A stretch of 27,442 nt of DNA from Candidatus Methylomirabilia bacterium (GTDB lineage: Bacteria > Methylomirabilota > Methylomirabilia > Rokubacteriales > CSP1-6), in assembly GCA_041492755.1 (NCBI GenBank), contig JBGPXN010000053.1:1-27442 (forward strand), read 5' to 3'. The position numbers and the translations under genes are program-made. Positions 19,295-27,442 of this stretch are shown here, piece after piece. Numbering within the stretch: position 1 is the stretch's first letter; each line of letters starts with the position of its first letter. The notes beneath the pieces were generated by a model. That model did not search any database. It worked only from the letters and a program-made list of their open reading frames with translations, and had not been told where the DNA came from.

Positions 19295-20293
19295 TCAGCG
19301 GTCGCGGTCGACGACGAAGTCGGCGATGAGGGACAGCACCTCGCGCTCTTCGGAGGACGGAAACGCCTCGAGGTCACGCTTGGCGGCTTGCGCATACGCG
19401 GTCGCTCGCTCCCGCGCGTACTCCACGCCGTCGTGCTTCAGCACGAGCTGGCGGATCTCCTCCACTTCGGCCGGCGCCAACGTGCGCCGCCGGAGCAGGT
19501 GCTTCACCCGCTCTCCGGTGGCCTCGCCCGCCCGCTCGAGCATGGCGATCAGCGGCAACGTGCGCTTGCCTTCGCGGAGATCGCTGCCGATGGCCTTGCC
19601 GAAGCGGTCCTGATCCGCGCTGAAGTCGAGCGTGTCGTCGGACATCTGGAAAGCGACGCCGATGTCCTCACCGTAGCGGGTGAGCGCGTCCACCTTCGCC
19701 GGCGCCACGTCCCCCACCAGCGCCCCGATCCGGCAGCAGGCCGAGATGAACGAGGCGGTTTTCTGCGTGATGATCTTGAGGTAATCGGTCTCCGTCGTCA
19801 CCCCGCTGCGCTTGCGCTCGAGCTGGAAGACTTCCGCTTCGGTCATGGACACCGTGGAGCGCGCGAGCGTCTCCATCACGGCGCGGTCGTTGTCGCGCAC
19901 GAGCAGGGCGAAGGACGTCGAGTAGAGGTGATCGCCCACGAGCACGGAGGCGTCGTCGCCCCACTGCGCGTTGGCCGAGGGTCGCCCGCGCCGCAGCGGC
20001 GCCTGGTCGACCACGTCGTCGTGGATCAGCGTGGCCGTGTGGAGCAGCTCCACCACGCACGCGAGCCGGATCGAGCGCGGGCCGCGGTAGCCGGCCAGGC
20101 GGGCGGAGAGGAGCAGCAGCATCGGCCGCAGCCGCTTGCCGCCGGCCCCGGCGATGTAGCCGCCCATCTCCCGGATGAGCGCCACCGGAGAGTCGAGCTG
20201 GCGGCGGATCTCCTCCTCGACGGCGACGAGATCGTCCCCGACGAGCACGGCCACGCGCTCCTTGAGTACCTGTTCGAGAGCCGGAGTCGGCAC
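19295..20293 (-). CDS. ispB: Trans-polyprenyl diphosphate synthase (IspB/HepT-like)
   Basis: GGKRLRP, LIHDDVVD..LRRG (FARM), KTA, AFQMSDDTLD (SARM), GKAIGSDLREGKRTLP. Confidence 0.9.
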   Translation of the reverse strand: MPTPALEQVLKERVAVLVGDDLVAVEEEIRRQLDSPVALIREMGGYIAGAGGKRLRPMLLLLSARLAGYRGPRSIRLACVVELLHTATLIHDDVVDQAPLRRGRPSANAQWGDDASVLVGDHLYSTSFALLVRDNDRAVMETLARSTVSMTEAEVFQLERKRSGVTTETDYLKIITQKTASFISACCRIGALVGDVAPAKVDALTRYGEDIGVAFQMSDDTLDFSADQDRFGKAIGSDLREGKRTLPLIAMLERAGEATGERVKHLLRRRTLAPAEVEEIRQLVLKHDGVEYARERATAYAQAAKRDLEAFPSSEEREVLSLIADFVVDRDR

Positions 20294-20305
20294 GCGCAGG
20301 CCAGG

Positions 20306-21031
20306 CTACTTGAGGACGACGCGGTCCTTGACCTGGATCTGCGCGTTCGGCGAGACGGTCTGGATCTCGGCGACCGAAAACTTCTCGCGGGTCTCGGTGA
20401 TGCGGGCCGTCGCGACTTCTTCGTCCAGCTCGCCCAGGACCTCGCCGGTGACGGGGTGCAGGATGGGAATCCGGTCCCGTCGCACGCTCACAAGGCTTCC
20501 CGGGCGAAGCCCGTCACCCCCGTTGAGGTCGATGACGATGCGGGTGGTGTCGACGTACACCACGTAACCGCGCTTGGGCAGCTCGGGCGCCGGCGTCGTG
20601 ACGACCGTCGTGGCGGCCACCACCGGCTTCGACAACCGTGCCGTCGCGGGCGCGGCCGACGGGCGACCGTTGCCGTCGGCCGCGAGCGGCGCCTGGTATG
20701 GAACGCCCTGCCGAGGGCTGATCTTTCCCCCACCGGGGGGCGTGCCGTACTTCGCCACGATCTCGGGCGGGGCGATGATCGACTTCTGACCGCGGACGAG
20801 CGTCTTGAGCGTGGTGGGAACCTTGTCCTCTTCCACCCAGATGTACTCGGGCTCGCTCGGCACGTCGCCGAACCGTGGATTCTGGATCAGCAGCCAGCGC
20901 GTCTCGGCCGCTTTCAGCGTCACCGAGGGGTCGCCCTGCACCGGCAGGCCAACGATCTCGCGCACCTGCGTGCACCCGCTGGCGAGGAGGACGAGCAGCA
21001 TGGCGAGCCCGACGACGGCCCGGATCAACAT
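20306..21031 (-). CDS. Lipoprotein with C-terminal FlgT-C-like domain
   Basis: Lipobox LLASG-C; Ala/Pro/Thr linker; GYVVYVD..IVIDL..G..HPVTGEVLG domain. The upstream part of the 506-aa ORF is shadow of the neighbouring gene. Start ATG 21031 (alternative GTG 21049). Confidence 0.8.
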   Translation of the reverse strand: MLIRAVVGLAMLLVLLASGCTQVREIVGLPVQGDPSVTLKAAETRWLLIQNPRFGDVPSEPEYIWVEEDKVPTTLKTLVRGQKSIIAPPEIVAKYGTPPGGGKISPRQGVPYQAPLAADGNGRPSAAPATARLSKPVVAATTVVTTPAPELPKRGYVVYVDTTRIVIDLNGGDGLRPGSLVSVRRDRIPILHPVTGEVLGELDEEVATARITETREKFSVAEIQTVSPNAQIQVKDRVVLK

Positions 21032-21053
21032 GCCGGCATACCATAGCACATGA

Positions 21054-21862
21054 TCACTCCTCGCCCCGGGGCTCCCACGGGAAGCGCTGCTCCTCGCTTC
21101 CGCCCGGCGGAAGCAGCGGTTGGCGTCGCGAAAACAGGGGCGTGCCCGTGATCGCGGAGATCCACGTCGCGTCCAGGTAGACCACGCCGCGCCGCTCGAC
21201 CAGGATCGGCACGAGCCAGCCGGTGACTTCCAGCCGTTGCGCCACGGCCGCGGCGCGCGCGGGCCGCGCGAGCAGCTCCTCCACCCGCATCGCACCCTCG
21301 CTGAAGACGTCCGCCACCGCCAGCGGGTCGGCGACCTGGAAGCGCTTCGAGCGCTCGAGGACGCTGGCGATGAGGAAGGGCACGCGACGAACGTCGGTCT
21401 TGCTGGCGGTGAGGTCCAGCACGGGGGTGATGGCGATGCGGATCCGCGCGCGCGTGATGCGCGCGCCGTCGGACGGCTGCGGGCGCGGCGCGTCGGCCCG
21501 GGGGACGTACGTGGCCTCGGAGAACTGCGGGTAGACGCGACGGATCTGCGCATAGCCGAGTGGCTCCTCGAAGCGACCGAGGGGGCGACCCGTGAGGGGA
21601 TGCAGGAACGAATCACCCTTCCGGAACAGCCCGAGCTCCTGGCCAACCTGCGCGCCGGCCAGCTCGCCCACGTCGAGGAAGACCGCGTTGCCTTCCAGCG
21701 AGACGACCGTCGCTTCGATGGGCTGGGCCGCCTTGATGAAGTCATTCGCCATGAGACCGAACGTCGCGCCCACGCGATCGGCGAAGGCGGCGGCAGCCGG
21801 CCGCGCCGGCACGGCGGCGGCGGCAAGGAACACGGCGAGGAGTGCCGTGAAGCGGCGGCGCT

Positions 21863-21866
<4 letters not shown>
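21054..21866 (-). CDS. Exported protein with FlgT-C-like and alpha/beta domains, paralogue of the N-terminal half of 13632..15494
   Basis: Signal peptide [48 protein letters not shown] start overlaps the mutase stop (TTGA). Confidence 0.8.
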
Positions 21867-25002
<3,136 letters not shown>

Positions 25003-25061
25003 GCTCACCTCGGCTGGACGGCGGTCGGGGACGTCCGTGATTCGCGTAAACAGGTTCGCAG

Positions 25062-25127
25062 ATTATAAATCCTATGCTTACCAAGTCAATGGAATTATTG
25101 ACTTTCGGCGCGATCGCTCACCATAAT
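25062..25127. promoter_or_regulatory. Back-to-back divergent sigma70 promoters whose -35 boxes form an inverted repeat
   Basis: Minus strand: TTGACT (25089-25084)-16-TATAAT (25067-25062). Plus strand: TTGACT (25098-25103)-18-CATAAT (25122-25127). AAGTCAAT-N6-ATTGACTT at 25083-25104. Confidence 0.75.
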
Positions 25128-25135
25128 CCCTCCCC

Positions 25136-25528
25136 ATGCACTGGGCGCTCCAGCTCGTGATTGCCATCGCCGTCGTCGCGCTCGCCGCGGCCGCGGTGGC
25201 GCTGCTGCTCGCCGCCCGCCGCGCGGCCATTCGCGCCGAGCGCGTCCTCGGACTCATCGAGCGCGACCTGGCCCCGCTCGCCGCCGAGGCGCAAGGGCTG
25301 ACGGCCGACCTGCGCCGGCTCAGCCATCAGCTTCAAGACGAGCTGAGCCGGGTGAGCCTGCTCACCATCCGGGCCGCGGAGATCGGGGACGGAATCGGGC
25401 GTATCGTGTCCTTCGTGGCGGGGTTGACGCGAGTGGGTCAGCTCGTGGGGATCGCGGCCGGGCTGAAGACGGGGCTGGACGTGTTCCTGCAACGGCTCCG
25501 CAGGCAGAGAGGAGACACCCATGGCTAG
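25136..25528 (+). CDS. DUF948/YoxC(YtxG)-like membrane-anchored coiled-coil protein
   Basis: N-terminal TM helix, helical middle, C-terminal GIAAGLKTGL amphipathic segment; adjacent to a YtxH-like gene. Confidence 0.65.
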   Translation: MHWALQLVIAIAVVALAAAAVALLLAARRAAIRAERVLGLIERDLAPLAAEAQGLTADLRRLSHQLQDELSRVSLLTIRAAEIGDGIGRIVSFVAGLTRVGQLVGIAAGLKTGLDVFLQRLRRQRGDTHG

Positions 25529-25826
25529 CGACAAGAACGACGCAACCGGCTATCTCGGCTGGTTTCTCTTCGGGGCCGCGCTGGGCGCGGCGGCCGCGCT
25601 TCTCACGACGCCGCGCACCGGCCGCGAGACCCGCGACCTCCTCGCCGAGCGCGGCAGCGACGTCGCCCGGCGCGCGCAGGAATTCGCGCAGGGCCGGCCC
25701 GCCAACTGGCTCGACAAGAGCCGCGAGCTCTTCGAGGAGCAGACGCAGCGGCTGGTGAGCGCGGTGGAGGCGGGGCGGGACGCGATGAAGGAAGAGATCC
25801 GCAAGTGGTCGCCGCCCAGTGGCTGA
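25521..25826 (+). CDS. YtxH domain-containing protein
   Basis: AGGAG RBS; FLFGAALGAAAALLTTPRTGRETRD signature. Confidence 0.85.
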   Translation: MASDKNDATGYLGWFLFGAALGAAAALLTTPRTGRETRDLLAERGSDVARRAQEFAQGRPANWLDKSRELFEEQTQRLVSAVEAGRDAMKEEIRKWSPPSG

Positions 25827-25866
25827 GCACGGGCACGGCCTCCCCGGCGCGCGATCCCGACTTCCA

Positions 25867-25929
25867 CTACGCCGAGATCCTTACCCCGTCAGCGCCGCCG
25901 CTCTCGTAGATCAGGATCGTGTATTTCAT
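25867..25929 (-). pseudogene. 20-codon stub resembling the N-terminus of a DGPF/YciI-family protein
   Basis: GGAGGAGAG RBS then MKYTILIYESGGADGVRISA*. MKY.ILIY is typical of DGPF/YciI starts. An ECF42-like promoter lies upstream. Confidence 0.5.
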
Positions 25930-25984
25930 CGGCTCTCCTCCATCATGGAATCGAGGCGCGGGGCGTCCCCGTCCTCGGTCCTAT

Positions 25985-26011
25985 GACGCGCGAGCGTCCC
26001 CCGTTTCGACG
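25985..26011 (-). promoter_or_regulatory. ECF42-like promoter motif
   Basis: Minus strand CGTCGA-N17-CGTC versus the TGTCGA...CG(A/T)C motif that precedes DGPF genes. Confidence 0.4.
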
Positions 26012-26026
26012 CCAGCGGCTGGTCGG

Positions 26027-26290
26027 TCAGCGCCGGGCGGGCGCGAGCGCGGACAGCACGGTCATGGCGCGGTCGAGGGATGGGCCGCGGGGGGCGAAGT
26101 TGGCCTCGAGGAAGAGCCACGTCGGTGTCGGCACCGGCGGGAACGGGTTCTTGGGCGCCAGCGCATAGAACAGCCGCTGGAACACCCACAGCGAGTGATA
26201 CCCCAGCCGCTCCGCCTCCTGCGCGACGTACACGACGTTCTCCGGCGTCGCCCAAGCCCCCGCCGTCGGCAGCGAAAATCCCAGCTTCAC
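26027..26290 (-). pseudogene. Internally deleted LLM-class (luciferase-like, F420/FMN) oxidoreductase
   Basis: MKLGFSLP...AQEAERLGYHSLWVFQR is a clear LLM N-terminus, but the ORF is only 87 aa against about 300 aa for the family, and it jumps to a C-terminus-like segment LFLEANF...VLSALAP. Confidence 0.75.
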
Positions 26291-26319
26291 GCGGCCTCTA
26301 CGACCCCGCGAACACAGCC

Positions 26320-26444
26320 CGCAGGCCGATCAAAAGGGGCCAGATGCAAGGCGGCGACGAGCGACGACCGAGACGTGGCCCGGCCACGTCGCAGGGAGGA
26401 GCGAGGAGCCAACGCCGCAGATGGTCCCTTTTCATCGGCCTGCG
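26320..26444. mobile_element. MITE-like non-autonomous element with imperfect terminal inverted repeats
   Basis: Left end CAGGCCGATCAAAAGGGGCCAGATGC versus right end reverse complement CAGGCCGATGAAAAGGGACCATCTGC (22/26 identical). Central palindrome GACGTGGCC-C-GGCCACGTC at 26372-26390. No transposase. Confidence 0.7.
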
Positions 26445-27442
26445 CGATGATCCAAGCGGGTGCCGAGGACGTGGTCCGCGATCAGGTTCCGCATCATCTC
26501 GAGCGTCCCGCCGCCGATGGCGAACATGCGAGCGTCGCGGACCATGCGCTCGAGCGGCAGGCTGCGGCCGTAGCCGGCGGCGCCATGGATCTGAAGCGCC
26601 TGGCTGGTGACCTCCTGGGCCATCTCCGCCGCGAAGGTCTTGGCTTTCGCCGCCTGCAGCTGGTCCGGGAAGCCGGCGCCCGCGGACGCCGCGGCGCGGT
26701 GGATGAGCAGGCGCGCGGCGTCCAGCTTCACCGCCATGTCGGCGAGCTTCCAGCGGATGCCCTGGAAGTCGCCGATCGGCCGCCCGAACTGATGCCGCTC
26801 GGCGGCGTAGGCGAGCGCGTGCTCGTACGCGCCCTGGGCCAGCCCGAGGGCGACCGTGGCGGCGCCGAGGCGCTGCCCGTTGTAGGCGCGCATCAGGCGC
26901 TTGAAGCCCTCGCCGGGGGCGACGAGCAGGTTCTCCCGCGGAACGAGGCAGCCGTCGAAGTGCAGCTCGCCTTCCGGGATTCCGCGCAGACCCATCATGT
27001 ATTCACGGCGCCCGAGGGTGAAGCCCGGCGTGTCACGCTCGACGAGCACGCCGCCGATCCCTTCGGCGCCCGGTCGATGGCCGAAGCGCGCGAACACGAG
27101 ATACAGCCGTGACGTCCCCGCCCCCGTGATGTAGCGCTTGTGCCCGAAGAGCCGCAAGCCCGCGCCGGTCTCCTCGACACGGGTCTCGAGGTCGGTGGCG
27201 GCCGACCCCGCGGCCGGCTCGGTGATGGCGATCGCCGGCTTCTCGCCTTCCAGCACCCAGGGAAAGTAGCGACGCTGCTGGGCGGCGGTGCCGTAGGCGG
27301 CGAGCGCGCCGACCACGCCGAGGTTGCCTTCCACCACGATGCGCGCGGTCACCCCGCACGCGCGGGCGATCTGCTCGATCACGAGCACGACGTCGATCAC
27401 GGGCCGGCCGCCGCCCCCCTGCTCGGCCGGAATCGTCATGCC
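26432..27442 (-). CDS. Acyl-CoA dehydrogenase family protein, 3-sulfinopropanoyl-CoA desulfinase-like (5' partial)
   Basis: ITEPAAGS, GHKRYITG, RHQFGRPIGDFQG, QIHGAAGY, RDARMFAIGGGT. The frame is open to the right window edge. Confidence 0.88.
   Translation of the reverse strand, partial: GMTIPAEQGGGGRPVIDVVLVIEQIARACGVTARIVVEGNLGVVGALAAYGTAAQQRRYFPWVLEGEKPAIAITEPAAGSAATDLETRVEETGAGLRLFGHKRYITGAGTSRLYLVFARFGHRPGAEGIGGVLVERDTPGFTLGRREYMMGLRGIPEGELHFDGCLVPRENLLVAPGEGFKRLMRAYNGQRLGAATVALGLAQGAYEHALAYAAERHQFGRPIGDFQGIRWKLADMAVKLDAARLLIHRAAASAGAGFPDQLQAAKAKTFAAEMAQEVTSQALQIHGAAGYGRSLPLERMVRDARMFAIGGGTLEMMRNLIADHVLGTRLDHRAGR

Noticed and set aside
21032..21826. N-terminal 265 aa of the 506-aa ORF 20306..21826
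   Set aside because: Arg/Ser/Pro-rich off-frame reading of the 21054..21866 gene. The real lipoprotein signal begins at 21031 (or 21049).

Overview
GC-rich bacterial chromosomal segment made mostly of core genes. The style (glyQ/glyS, aspS-phoH-ybeY-era-recO cluster, diderm envelope genes, GC-rich intergenic hairpin repeats) suggests Rokubacteria/Methylomirabilota, but that is inference. From left to right: the 5' end of a 16S rRNA gene (- strand) with boxA and a near-consensus sigma70 promoter; tyrS; a divergent class A PBP; a - strand run hisS, aspS-phoH-ybeY-era-recO-glyQ-glyS; an envelope cluster (FG-GAP/beta-propeller protein, outer-membrane beta-barrel, TPR lipoprotein); an FmdB zinc ribbon; a - strand run pccB - split methylmalonyl-CoA mutase - two exported proteins - polyprenyl synthase - DUF62 SAM hydrolase; a DUF948/YtxH pair; and a decaying region (DGPF/YciI stub, internally deleted LLM oxidoreductase, MITE-like element) beside a partial desulfinase-like acyl-CoA dehydrogenase. 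Most notable: (1) three exported proteins sharing an FlgT-C-like 'HPxT..LG' domain around a porin and a TPR lipoprotein, a candidate uncharacterised envelope system; (2) a dispersed two-hairpin repeat with a GCGAAGC cap; (3) six genes with a -10 box 7-8 nt before the start codon, suggesting widespread leaderless translation.
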